Sequence record: DRR723986_4815
Strand: one strand, 5' to 3'
DNA length: 64,000 bases
Shown: positions 18,918 to 28,892 of the stretch, piece by piece
How positions within the stretch are numbered: position 1 is the first letter of the stretch
Layout: every line of letters starts with the position of its first letter
The notes under the pieces: model-generated
What the model was told of the DNA's origin: nothing
Databases searched by the model: none
Seen by the model: only the letters and a program-made list of their open reading frames with translations
Translations under genes and position numbers: made by a program

Positions 18918-20465
18918 GTGTCTCTTACCCTTGCTCTACGACCACGGCTAGATCTCGTCGCCGTGCTTGCGTTCTTAATTTTGCTCAGTCCATCTCAATT
19001 GACCTACGGGCAAGAAGGAGACCAGACGGCCTCCGAGGTAGGTTCGAGTGATTCGGCCGAGGTTGAGTCCGGTGAAGTCGCCGAAGATGCCGCCCCTGAA
19101 GGGGATGCTGAGGCTGGAGATGCTGAAGCGGCCGAAGCAGAGGACCCGGGTACTCCGCCAATGTCCGATGAATATCTGGCGGGTTCAGATTCAGCATCGC
19201 ACAATGCGTGGATGCTCGTTTGTTGTGCTCTCGTGTTGTTCATGACGGCCCCTGGATTGGCACTGTTCTACGGCGGCCTTGTCCGCAAGAAGAACGTTTT
19301 GAGTGTCATGATGCAGTGTGTCTTCTTGATGGGATTGATGACCGTCTTGTGGGCGCTTTACGGTTACTCGCTAGCGTTTGGATCAGGGAACGCCTTCATT
19401 GGAGGAACCGAGTTCTTGTTCATGAACGGAGTCGGTCGTTACTGGGATGAAGCGGCCGGGGTCGGGATGACTCCGATGTACTCCGCTGAATTGCCGCGAT
19501 TGACGCATATGCTATTCCAAGGCATGTTCTTCATCATTACGCCAGCACTCATCTGTGGTGCTTTTGCCGAGCGGATGAAGTTCAGTGCGATGGCCATCTT
19601 TTCGGTGATTTGGGGAACAGTTGTTTACTGTCCACTCGCTCACTGGGTTTGGGGTGGCGGTATTCTGGCTTTCGGAGAAGACCATGCGATCGCGGGTGGT
19701 GCTCTGGATTTTGCTGGTGGAACCGTCGTTCACATTAGTTCCGGTGTAACAGCCCTGGTGGCAGCCTTTGTTATTGGACCACGTATTGGCCATGGTCGAG
19801 AGCCCATGCCGCCACACAACTTGACCTACACCGCTCTCGGTGCATCCATGCTGTGGGTTGGCTGGTTCGGCTTCAACGCTGGCAGTGAGTTGATGGTCGA
19901 TGGGGTAACCTCAAGTGCGTTCGCGGTCACGCATTTCTCTGCGGCAGCAGGCGCGGTTGCTTGGGCACTGATCGAATGGATGCGAACTGGCAGGCCTTCC
20001 GTGCTTGGAGCAAGCTCGGGAGCGGTTGCTGGCTTGGTCTGCATTACGCCGGCTGCCGGGCACGTCGGAATGATGTCGTCCCTCATTATGGGAGCCGCCG
20101 GTGGACTGGCCTGTTATCTTGGTTGTTCCACTCTGAAGAATAAGCTCGGTTACGATGATTCGTTGGATGCTTTCGGCGTGCACGGTGTTGGTGGTACGCT
20201 GGGAGCGATCCTAACGGGCGTATTCGCAAGCCGTGCCATCTGGGATGTCAACTCGAAAGAGCCTCTAGGGATCATCGAGGGCAATTATTCCACGATCGTT
20301 GGTCAGGTTGCTGCGACGGGCGTGACGTTTGTTTTTGCTGGTGTTGCCAGCTTCATCCTCCTGAAGATCCTGGATCTCACCATCGGATTGCGAGTTGAAG
20401 CAACGGCCGAGCGTCAGGGCTTGGATATCACTGAGCACGGCGAAGAGGGTTACATTTTCATGTAA
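18918..20465 (+). CDS. amtB: ammonium transporter with signal peptide and acidic N-terminal extension
   Basis: LVLFMTAPGLALFYGG, DFAGGTVVH, LWVGWFGFNAGS, DDSLDAFGVHG, GLDITEHGEEGY. GTG start at 18918 after GGAG. Confidence 0.95.
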   Translation: MSLTLALRPRLDLVAVLAFLILLSPSQLTYGQEGDQTASEVGSSDSAEVESGEVAEDAAPEGDAEAGDAEAAEAEDPGTPPMSDEYLAGSDSASHNAWMLVCCALVLFMTAPGLALFYGGLVRKKNVLSVMMQCVFLMGLMTVLWALYGYSLAFGSGNAFIGGTEFLFMNGVGRYWDEAAGVGMTPMYSAELPRLTHMLFQGMFFIITPALICGAFAERMKFSAMAIFSVIWGTVVYCPLAHWVWGGGILAFGEDHAIAGGALDFAGGTVVHISSGVTALVAAFVIGPRIGHGREPMPPHNLTYTALGASMLWVGWFGFNAGSELMVDGVTSSAFAVTHFSAAAGAVAWALIEWMRTGRPSVLGASSGAVAGLVCITPAAGHVGMMSSLIMGAAGGLACYLGCSTLKNKLGYDDSLDAFGVHGVGGTLGAILTGVFASRAIWDVNSKEPLGIIEGNYSTIVGQVAATGVTFVFAGVASFILLKILDLTIGLRVEATAERQGLDITEHGEEGYIFM

Positions 20466-20653
20466 CGTGTCGCTCTTGCGGCTCTTGCTTCGCAAATGGC
20501 GTGAATGCGATAGAGCATTAACGAGAATTGCAAACTGAGCTGCATCGACCGAGGCGACTTGCCGATCCTACTGCTGAACGCAGAACTGCGTGTAAATGCT
20601 TGCATTGCTAGCGTGAATGCTGGCAATGCAGCCGCTTTAGCAGAGGGATGGCC

Positions 20654-21658
20654 ATGGTTCGCAGAGCGCTGATTACTGGAATTACTGGGCAAGTTGGCTC
20701 GTATCTTTCGGAGCACCTCATAGCCAAGGGTTATGAGGTTGCGGGTACCTATCGTCGCAGCAGTACGCCCAGCTTCGCGCGGATTGAGCATCTGCTCGGC
20801 GATCTTGAACTTCACGAAAGTGATCTGACCGATGAAGCGTCGCTGTACCGTCTGATCGACGATGTGCGTCCTGACGAGATTTACAACTTGGCTGCGCAGA
20901 GTTCTGTGGCTACAAGTTGGAAGCAAGTGATTGCAACCGGTGACGTCACCGGTTTGGCAGTTGGGCGGTTGTTGGAAGCGATTCGGCAAGTTGACGCGTC
21001 GATTCGCTTCTTCCAAGCAAGTAGCAGTGAGATGTTCGGAGACGTCGACACGCCACTTTGCGATGAATTGACGCCGTTTCGACCCAAGAGTCCCTACGGT
21101 GTTGCGAAGCTCTACGCTCACCAAATCACTTCAAGCTACCGAGATGCTTACGGCATGTTCGCTTGTTGTGGTATTGCATTTAACCATGAATCGCCTCGCC
21201 GAGGGTTCGAGTTTGTGACTCGCAAGATTACTCGAGCGGCCGCGCGGTTAAAGGTTGGCTTGCAGGACGAACTGCGGCTGGGCAATACGGAATTGAAACG
21301 CGATTGGGGCTATGCTTCCGATTTCGTGGATGCAATGTGGCGGATGTTGCAGCAAGATGAACCAAAAGACTACGTGATTGGGACTGGTCAATGTGTCAGC
21401 GTCTGGGATTTTGCTAAGCAGGCGTTTGAACAGGTCGATCTAGATCCGTTTCGTTATGTTGTCACTGATGAGCAACTGTTTCGGCCGAGTGACCATGATG
21501 CACTTCGGGCGGATCCGCGGGCGGCGAACGAACAATTGGGCTGGTCACCAGAGACGAGTCTCGAGCAGTTGGTCGAATTGATGGTCGACAATGATCTTGC
21601 TTTGGCAGAACAAGAAGCGGCCAGCCAACCGCGTCTGACGGTACGTCGAGCGGCTTGA
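20654..21658 (+). CDS. gmd: GDP-mannose 4,6-dehydratase
   Basis: ALITGITGQVGSYL, YNLAAQS, QASSSEMFG, SPYGVAK, FNHESPRRG, FVTRKI, RDWG. Start is 20648 or 20654. Confidence 0.92.
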   Translation: MVRRALITGITGQVGSYLSEHLIAKGYEVAGTYRRSSTPSFARIEHLLGDLELHESDLTDEASLYRLIDDVRPDEIYNLAAQSSVATSWKQVIATGDVTGLAVGRLLEAIRQVDASIRFFQASSSEMFGDVDTPLCDELTPFRPKSPYGVAKLYAHQITSSYRDAYGMFACCGIAFNHESPRRGFEFVTRKITRAAARLKVGLQDELRLGNTELKRDWGYASDFVDAMWRMLQQDEPKDYVIGTGQCVSVWDFAKQAFEQVDLDPFRYVVTDEQLFRPSDHDALRADPRAANEQLGWSPETSLEQLVELMVDNDLALAEQEAASQPRLTVRRAA

Positions 21659-21811
21659 TTGAGTGGAACGTGCTCTGACCTTGCACAATGGAAGCAAGGG
21701 CGTCATCCTTTACACCACATAACTCCTTGTCCGGAGCAAGCTCGCTCCCGACTTTATTCTACGCACCATCGGTCAGGTCTTTTGTAGGGATCTGGCATAG
21801 GAGACACCATT

Positions 21812-24004
21812 ATGGTTTCTGTACAGCTTCCCGACGGAACTCTTGTCGATCACCCCGACCAAGCCACCGCGCTGGACGTCGCTGAGAAAATTGGCTCCCG
21901 ATTGGCGAAAGCCGTCGTTGCGGCTGATGTGGATGGAAGTATCGTCGACGCAATGCGTCCTCTGAAAGACGTTACCGACGCAAGTCCGATACCGCTGCGG
22001 TTGTTGACCAATCGCGACCCGGAGGCACTCGGTGTGCTCCGCCACTCATGCGCTCACGTCATGGCTCGAGCTGTCATGCGGCTTTACGACGGCGTTTCGT
22101 TGGCATTTGGTCCGACGATCGATAATGGCTTCTACTACGACTTTGAACTGGATAAGAAGCTGAGCTTGGATGATTTCGAAGCCATTGAGAAAGAAATGGC
22201 GATGATTATTGAGCAGGCGGAACCGTTCGAGCGATTTGCGTTGTCCCGTGACGAAGCTTTGAGCTTGTGTGGTGATTTGAACCAATCGTTGAAGGTCGAG
22301 CATATTGAGACCGGATTGGCCGATCATGACGCATTGGGTTTCTATCGCCAAGGAGAGTTTGTTGATCTGTGTCGTGGGCCGCATATCCCCGATGCAAGTA
22401 AAATCAAGGCGTTCAAGTTGCTCAGTGTTGCGGGCGCGTACTGGAAGGGTGATTCAAAGGGCAAGCAACTTCAGCGGCTGTACGGAACTGCTTGGTTTAG
22501 CCCGAAGGACCAGAAAAAGTATCTCGACCAGCTTGAAGAGGCGCGTCGCCGCGACCACCGGGAGCTTGGCAAGAAACACGGCTTGTTCAAGATCAACCCC
22601 GACGTTGGCGGTGGCCTTTGTCTATGGTTGCCCAAGGGAGCTCGTGTGCGCGTGCTGCTGGAGGACTTTCTTCGAAACGAGCTATTGCGGCGGGGTTACG
22701 AGCCCGTCTACAGCCCTCACATTGGTCGCGTAGAACTGTACGAAACCAGTGGCCACTTCCCCTACTACCGCGACAGCCAGTTTCCACCTCTGTTTGTTGA
22801 GCAGGCCGGCGGCTTGGTGGACGCCTGGGTTGACCGACTGCAGAGCGAGGATGGGATCTCACCAGAAGAAGAGCAGAAGCTTGCATCGGCAGCGAAGGTG
22901 CTTGGAGCCGAGCTTGAGGGGTATGATCCAGCAGCAAGCAAGGAAGAACGCGTTGCAGCACTTCAGAAATGGCAACGTGGCAATGAACGGTATCTCGTCA
23001 AGCCGATGAATTGCCCGCACCACGCTCAAATTTTTAAGGCACAACCGAGATCCTACAAACAGTTGCCGCTCCGGTTGATGGAATTCGGTACAGTTTATCG
23101 TTACGAGCAAACGGGCGAACTCAACGGAATGCTGCGAGTTCGCGGGCTGACGCAGGATGACGCGCACATTTTCTGCACTCCGGAGCAGGTGGAAGAAGAG
23201 TTTCGCAATACGATCGAACTGACGCGATTCGTGCTCGAAAGTGTTGGGCTCGACGACTACCGCGTTCAGCTTTCTCTTCGCGATCCGAATAGCGACAAAT
23301 ACGTTGGTAGCGAAGAAAATTGGCAGAAGGCGGAAGCGGCCCTGCGTCGCGTGTTGGAGGAGAGTGGCTTAGAGTTCAACGCCGAAGAGGGCGAAGCTGC
23401 CTTCTACGGGCCCAAAGCGGACTTTATGGTGCGGGACTGCATCGGTCGGAGTTGGCAGCTCGGCACGGTTCAGCTCGACTACAACTTGCCCGAGCGATTC
23501 AAGCTCGAGTACGTTGGCAATGACAACGATATGCATCGCCCTGTCATGATCCACCGAGCACCGTTTGGTTCGATGGAACGCTTTGTTGGTATGCTGATCG
23601 AGCACTTCGCGGGCGCGTTTCCGATGTGGTTGGCTCCGGAGCAAGTTCGGATTCTCCCGCTCAGTGAGAAGACAAACGACTATGCCCTTGAGTTGGAAGC
23701 CAAGATGACCGCTGCTGGGCTGCGTGTTTCCTCCGACCTTCGTGGTGCGAAGGTGCAGGCAAAGATTCGCGATGCACAGCTCGAACTGATTCCGTACATG
23801 GCAGTCGTTGGCCCTAAAGAGGCCGAGTCGGGAGCCATCGCGCTGCGGGATCGCATTGATGGCGACCTGGGTGCGATGCCTGTAGACGATGTGATGAAGA
23901 AGTTGCTTGACGAAGTCAACAATCGGACGATCCGGCAAGTCGCTAAGAAGAATGAGGCGGCGGCCACGCCCGAGACTTCTTCGGCAAGCGGCCACGAGTA
24001 TTAA
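21812..24004 (+). CDS. thrS: threonine--tRNA ligase
   Basis: TGS domain, RHSCAH and DLCRGPH editing motifs, [29 protein letters not shown]. Confidence 0.98.
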   Translation: MVSVQLPDGTLVDHPDQATALDVAEKIGSRLAKAVVAADVDGSIVDAMRPLKDVTDASPIPLRLLTNRDPEALGVLRHSCAHVMARAVMRLYDGVSLAFGPTIDNGFYYDFELDKKLSLDDFEAIEKEMAMIIEQAEPFERFALSRDEALSLCGDLNQSLKVEHIETGLADHDALGFYRQGEFVDLCRGPHIPDASKIKAFKLLSVAGAYWKGDSKGKQLQRLYGTAWFSPKDQKKYLDQLEEARRRDHRELGKKHGLFKINPDVGGGLCLWLPKGARVRVLLEDFLRNELLRRGYEPVYSPHIGRVELYETSGHFPYYRDSQFPPLFVEQAGGLVDAWVDRLQSEDGISPEEEQKLASAAKVLGAELEGYDPAASKEERVAALQKWQRGNERYLVKPMNCPHHAQIFKAQPRSYKQLPLRLMEFGTVYRYEQTGELNGMLRVRGLTQDDAHIFCTPEQVEEEFRNTIELTRFVLESVGLDDYRVQLSLRDPNSDKYVGSEENWQKAEAALRRVLEESGLEFNAEEGEAAFYGPKADFMVRDCIGRSWQLGTVQLDYNLPERFKLEYVGNDNDMHRPVMIHRAPFGSMERFVGMLIEHFAGAFPMWLAPEQVRILPLSEKTNDYALELEAKMTAAGLRVSSDLRGAKVQAKIRDAQLELIPYMAVVGPKEAESGAIALRDRIDGDLGAMPVDDVMKKLLDEVNNRTIRQVAKKNEAAATPETSSASGHEY

Positions 24005-24041
24005 TCGTGATTGACTTGTCAGTGTTCCGGAGGAAAGGTCT

Positions 24042-25304
24042 ATGGCTGTAGAAAATCACAAGGATCTGGCGGTCCGGCTATTCAAGACGCCGAAGCAGAT
24101 GCTCGCTTGGCTGAAGCGCTTCGGCAAGCCCGATAGCGAAAGCATCTGGATCAAGATCGCCAAGAAAGGCTCTGGCAGGACTTCCGTCACCTACGAACAA
24201 GCCCGTGAGACAGCCATTCGTTATGGTTGGATCGACGGGCTGATCAATAAGTACGACGATGAGTACTACTTGATTAAGTTCTCGCCGCGACGCCCCAGGA
24301 GTGGCTGGTCCAAGATCAATCGTGGTATCGCCGAAGGGTTGATTCGCGATGGCAAGATGGAGCCGCCGGGCCAGGTGCAAGTCGATGCAGCCAAGGCGGA
24401 TGGACGGTGGGACGCAGCCTACGACTCACCGCGAACAATCCAGGTGCCCAGCGATTTGAAAGCTCTGCTTGCGAAAGACTCTCAAGCGGCCGAGACATTC
24501 GCTGCTCTTAGTTCAGCCGACCGGTACGCATTTCTGGTCCGTTTGCAGACTGCAAAAACCGACTCAACAAGAACGCGTCGGCTGAAGGACACGATCGATA
24601 AATTGTCCCGCGGTGAATCGTTTAGTACTGACGGGCAGGCCGCGCAGAAGCGGACCAAGAAGCCTGCGAGTAAGAAGCCTGCATCGAAGAAAGTCGTTGC
24701 CAAGCGCGGGGCCGAAAAAAAGGCAACGTCGACCGTCAAAGCGGCCTCCAAACCGCAGTCGGCAGGCAAGAAGACTCGTTACGCTGTGCTGCTGCGAGGC
24801 ATTAATGTGGGAGGGCATCGAGTTGTAAAGATGCCTGAGCTGAAACGGGCACTCTCCGATGCTGGCTTGGAAGGCGTTTCGACCTACATTCAGTCTGGCA
24901 ACATCGTCTGTACCTCGACGCTCGGCGGAAGCGAAATTGCTGAGCTGGTGCGCGGCGTGATCCAGACCAAGTGGACTTTTGACGTCGCGGTTCAAGCCTA
25001 TGGTCGAACTGTTTGGAAGCGGATGCTGACGCAGTGTCCATTCGATGAGCCGTCAAAAATCCTCAACTTTGTCTTTCTTGATAAAGCGGCTCCCAAGGCG
25101 AAAATCGAGAGCCTTGTGGCTGAGATGCTGCGACCAAATGACCAGTTTGAGGTCCGTGGCCGGGTGATTTACTTGCTGTGTCCCGACGGCTTAGGCAAAT
25201 CGCGATTTAGCCTGGACACCCTTGAAAAGAAGTTGGGGCTGCGAGCGACCAGTCGGAATTGGAATACGGTCGATCGCATGATGCACATGCTTTCTGACGG
25301 CTGA
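24042..25304 (+). CDS. YdeI/OmpD-associated domain fused to DUF1697 through a Lys-rich linker
   Basis: N-half has YGWIDG, FSPRRPRSGWSKIN and AKADGRWDAAY. C-half has LLRGINVGG, TYIQSGN and TSRNWNTV. Confidence 0.85.
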   Translation: MAVENHKDLAVRLFKTPKQMLAWLKRFGKPDSESIWIKIAKKGSGRTSVTYEQARETAIRYGWIDGLINKYDDEYYLIKFSPRRPRSGWSKINRGIAEGLIRDGKMEPPGQVQVDAAKADGRWDAAYDSPRTIQVPSDLKALLAKDSQAAETFAALSSADRYAFLVRLQTAKTDSTRTRRLKDTIDKLSRGESFSTDGQAAQKRTKKPASKKPASKKVVAKRGAEKKATSTVKAASKPQSAGKKTRYAVLLRGINVGGHRVVKMPELKRALSDAGLEGVSTYIQSGNIVCTSTLGGSEIAELVRGVIQTKWTFDVAVQAYGRTVWKRMLTQCPFDEPSKILNFVFLDKAAPKAKIESLVAEMLRPNDQFEVRGRVIYLLCPDGLGKSRFSLDTLEKKLGLRATSRNWNTVDRMMHMLSDG

Positions 25305-25668
25305 ACCGCCAATACTGTGACAAGTTGGGTCGGTTTTGGTGCCAACAACAGCGGGCCATGACAGACAATTAGCTACCGTAGGGCAATTCTGCTGGCGGCT
25401 AAGGCTTCTCGCCCAGCGAGCCTCGCTTGGATCGCCAACGCCTGGCGGCGAAGTGAGTGGCGGCGGCATACGGTTTGCTTCGCTGTTGTTGGGCTGCCAG
25501 TTTAGCCGGTTGCAATCGCAAGCAACTTGCAGCAATTCGCCGTCAAATAGCCTCCTAGAAGGGTGCCGGGGTGCTACTTTGGCAATAATCTGACTAGGAA
25601 ACGAATAACCCTTGGTTCCGAAATGCTTTTCAAAACGAACTGGAAACACCCTAGCCGCGAGGCATGTG

Positions 25669-27993
25669 ATGTTCTCACAGCGTGAGTTCACTCGACCCAA
25701 AGATCCATTTGCCGATTGTGATCCTGCAAACAGCTTCTCGAAAAAGCTTGCCTGTTGGTCGCCGGTCTTGGTCTGCGCCCTGACGGTTCTTACTTGCCCG
25801 CCGTGGGGTCTGGCTAAGAGCTCGGCTCAGGATGCAGCCCCTCAGGCAACTGGTTCCGCGGCGGTCGGTGCTGGGGAGAATGATGACGCATCCAGTGGTA
25901 GGCCTGCCGGGTTGCGGCAAGGCTTTGTGATCAACGTTGACCTCCCGTTGGTGGGGGCTCGCGACGACCAAGTGCGTCAGCAGATCAGTCAGCTTCTCAG
26001 TCGGGAGGCGAATGCACAGGTGCGTCCAGTAGTTGTGCTGCGTTTCCGCACGGTTGCAAGTAGCGAAGAAGACGGTGGCTCCCGCGGTTCACAGTTCGAG
26101 CGCAGCCTATCGTTGGCGAGATTCTTGGTGCGACCGTCAGTTAGCAGGCTGCGGTTGGTCGCCTACTTGCCGGAGTCCGTCGAGGGGCACGCTGTGCTAC
26201 CAGTCTTGGCTTGCGAAGACATTGTAACGGGCCCTACAGTTGAATTTGGTGCCGCGGCCATCGATGAGCCCGCCGACGCGTTCGTTGTTTCCACCTATCG
26301 CGACTTGGTGGCGGGGCGATCTCAATTTCCAGAAGCTGCTGTTGAGGCGATGCTCAAGCCGGATACCGAAGTAGTTCAGGTGCAAGAAGTTGGCACGGGC
26401 GTCACGCAGGTTGTCGACGGCGTCCAGCTTGCGAAACTCCGTGAAGAGGGCAAGGTTGGCTCGGAGGATAGCATATGGCCAGGAGGCGGTTTGGCTCGTT
26501 ACTCAGCGGAAGCGATGAAGCGTCGGCGTTGGACGATTGGCACGGTCGAGACCACAGAGCAACTGGCGGATTTGTTGCGAACCAAGTCATTGCAAGAAAT
26601 GGATCGATTGCCAGGTGACTGGAAAGGTGTCTCGGTCGTCTTGTCGGGTGAGCTCGGCACGGCAGGCGTTAACCAGTTGGTGCGTTCGCTAACGGCAGAG
26701 ATTTCAAACGACGGAAAGAATTTGGTCGTCATTGAAGTGCAGCCAACGGTGGCAACCGCTTCAACTGCCATTCGTTTGGCTGAGTTCTTAGTGGCGCTTG
26801 AGTCGCAGGATGTGTTCACCATCTCGGTCGTCAATGGCGACGTTCGAGGACCAGTCGTAGCGGTTGCAGCAGCCTGTAGTGAGGCGGTCTTGCTGGACAG
26901 TAGTTCGGTGGGCCCCCTGCCTAAGGATGTGGCAGATGAAATCGGTTTGGAAAGTCCCGAAGCGATTCATCGGATACTGGATGATTTGTGCCAGGATTCC
27001 GGCCGGCCACTTCCGCTGTTGGCCGCCGCGACGCACCATGATGTTCTCGTCAAAGAATACGTACAGCAGGAGATGGGGCAGAAGTCGCTATTCACTGACT
27101 GGCAGATTTCCCAGCAGGCGGATCGCGATCTGTGGCTGGAGAAGCGGGTGGTGGCAGGCGACGGCAAGCTGGATAACGATCTGCTTGTACGTTACCGCCT
27201 GTTCGACGACACGCAGAAAGACATGACCAGCGCAATGGCAAGTTTGGGTATCGACGCACAGCCGCCGCTGCTCAAGCTGTCTTGGGTAGACTCTGCGATA
27301 CAGGTTCTCGTCACGCAGAGCTGGTTGCCACGAGTGCTGCTGATGATTGCCTTTTTCTCGCTCCTAGCTGAGCTTGGGAATCCGGGGATAGGAGTTGGCG
27401 GCTTTCTCTCTGCCCTATGCTTCACAGGCTTCTTTTGGATTGAGGGCCTGAATGGAAATGTCGAATCGCTCGAGATCATCCTCTTCATCTTCGGGATTAT
27501 TGCCCTGCTGATGGAGGTGTTTGTTATTCCAGGATTTGGAATATTCGGGATCGGCGGATTGTTAATGCTGCTTGTGTCTGTAGTTTTGGCCAGCCAGACA
27601 TTCGTGTGGCCGACGAACAGTGCGCAGTTGAGCGAAGTTGCTGTGAATCTATTTTGGGTGGCCTGCTTGGCACTCGGCGGGATGATCGGGCTGTTGTTCA
27701 TGCACAAACAACTTGAACGATCTCCTCTGCTGCGTTGGGTGACGCTCGACCCAGTTGCGCCAGAAGAACTCGATAGTCTCGAAATGCGCGAAACAACGGC
27801 TCATCGAGAGCATCTATATGGACAGCAAGGCCTCACTACAACTCGGCTGAACCCGTCTGGCAAAGCTCAGTTTGGTGGCGACATCGTTTCCGTTGTTGGG
27901 ACGGGCAAGTTGATTGGCAAAGGTGTGCCGATTCAAGTGGTTGAAGTTCGCGGGCCGTTGGTCATCGTAGAAGAATTGGATTTGAACCAATGA
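25669..27993 (+). CDS. nfeD: long NfeD-family membrane protein (two ClpP/crotonase-like domains, TM region, OB-fold C-terminus)
   Basis: LACEDIV...FGAA, ELGNPGIGVGG, EVFVIPGFGIFGIGG, TTRLNPSGKA, VVEVRG. Start uncertain (25612-25669). Confidence 0.8.
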   Translation: MFSQREFTRPKDPFADCDPANSFSKKLACWSPVLVCALTVLTCPPWGLAKSSAQDAAPQATGSAAVGAGENDDASSGRPAGLRQGFVINVDLPLVGARDDQVRQQISQLLSREANAQVRPVVVLRFRTVASSEEDGGSRGSQFERSLSLARFLVRPSVSRLRLVAYLPESVEGHAVLPVLACEDIVTGPTVEFGAAAIDEPADAFVVSTYRDLVAGRSQFPEAAVEAMLKPDTEVVQVQEVGTGVTQVVDGVQLAKLREEGKVGSEDSIWPGGGLARYSAEAMKRRRWTIGTVETTEQLADLLRTKSLQEMDRLPGDWKGVSVVLSGELGTAGVNQLVRSLTAEISNDGKNLVVIEVQPTVATASTAIRLAEFLVALESQDVFTISVVNGDVRGPVVAVAAACSEAVLLDSSSVGPLPKDVADEIGLESPEAIHRILDDLCQDSGRPLPLLAAATHHDVLVKEYVQQEMGQKSLFTDWQISQQADRDLWLEKRVVAGDGKLDNDLLVRYRLFDDTQKDMTSAMASLGIDAQPPLLKLSWVDSAIQVLVTQSWLPRVLLMIAFFSLLAELGNPGIGVGGFLSALCFTGFFWIEGLNGNVESLEIILFIFGIIALLMEVFVIPGFGIFGIGGLLMLLVSVVLASQTFVWPTNSAQLSEVAVNLFWVACLALGGMIGLLFMHKQLERSPLLRWVTLDPVAPEELDSLEMRETTAHREHLYGQQGLTTTRLNPSGKAQFGGDIVSVVGTGKLIGKGVPIQVVEVRGPLVIVEELDLNQ

Positions 27994-28874
27994 AGATAGG
28001 TCGTCTCGGTGGAATCGATCTCCACATTCACTGGTCGTTCTGGTTGCTGGTGCTGTTTTACCTGCTGTCAGCCATTTCCACCGGTGGTTTGATGGTTGGT
28101 CTCGAACAGGCCCTTTTCGTGATCAGTGTCTTTGCGTGCATCGTGGCGCATGAATACGGTCATGCGGCTGCGGCCAAACGCTATGGCATTACGACCTCCA
28201 ACATCACCATTCTTGCGTTTGGCGGTATTGCGCGACTGACGCGAATGCCATCCAAGCCGATGCAGGAGTTTGTGATTGCAGTTGCTGGGCCACTGGTAAA
28301 TGTAGCGATCGCGGTCTTGCTGCTCGCGTTGATGGTCGTCGGGCTCCTGCCAAGCGGGGGACTTGCCGAAGGCGCTGAGCTGACGTTTTTCGATTTGCTC
28401 CTGGCTGCAAATGTTGTCTTGGTGTTGTTCAATATGTTGCCAGCTTTCCCGATGGATGGCGGGCGAGTTCTCCGCAGTCTGCTGGCGATGAGAACAGGTC
28501 ATTTGAGGGCGACGGAAATAGCGGCGCGGATTGGCCGGTGGATGGCGCTAGTATTCGGAATTTATGGCTTGTTCTACTCCCTACCCATGCTCTTGATCGC
28601 TGGGTTTGTTTTCTTTGCGGGGACTGCCGAGTTGATGCAAGCCCGTGTTCGAGCGGCTCAGCAAGCGCAGCGTTCGCCGTTCGGAGCTGGAGGGCCGTTT
28701 GCGGCCGCGTTTAACGGTCGTTTTCCTGGCGGATTTCAGTTCCAGACTGGCGGCTGGCCGCAGCAGTATCCGTCGCCGGACGGAGGATCGGCTGCAGGGG
28801 CCTATGACGACGGCGCCGCTCCGGCCGAAGGTGACTCGGTTATCGATGCCGTCGACGTCCGACGAATTGACTAA
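27990..28874 (+). CDS. site-2 protease (peptidase M50), no CBS domains
   Basis: HEYGH, AVAGPLVN, FNMLPAFPMDGGR. ATGA overlap with nfeD. Confidence 0.92.
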   Translation: MKIGRLGGIDLHIHWSFWLLVLFYLLSAISTGGLMVGLEQALFVISVFACIVAHEYGHAAAAKRYGITTSNITILAFGGIARLTRMPSKPMQEFVIAVAGPLVNVAIAVLLLALMVVGLLPSGGLAEGAELTFFDLLLAANVVLVLFNMLPAFPMDGGRVLRSLLAMRTGHLRATEIAARIGRWMALVFGIYGLFYSLPMLLIAGFVFFAGTAELMQARVRAAQQAQRSPFGAGGPFAAAFNGRFPGGFQFQTGGWPQQYPSPDGGSAAGAYDDGAAPAEGDSVIDAVDVRRID

Positions 28875-28892
28875 AGAGTACCGACAATTGAG

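Noticed and set aside
20601-20630. 12-bp hairpin before gmd as a terminator
   Set aside because: The stem is real but has no U-tract; function cannot be assigned.
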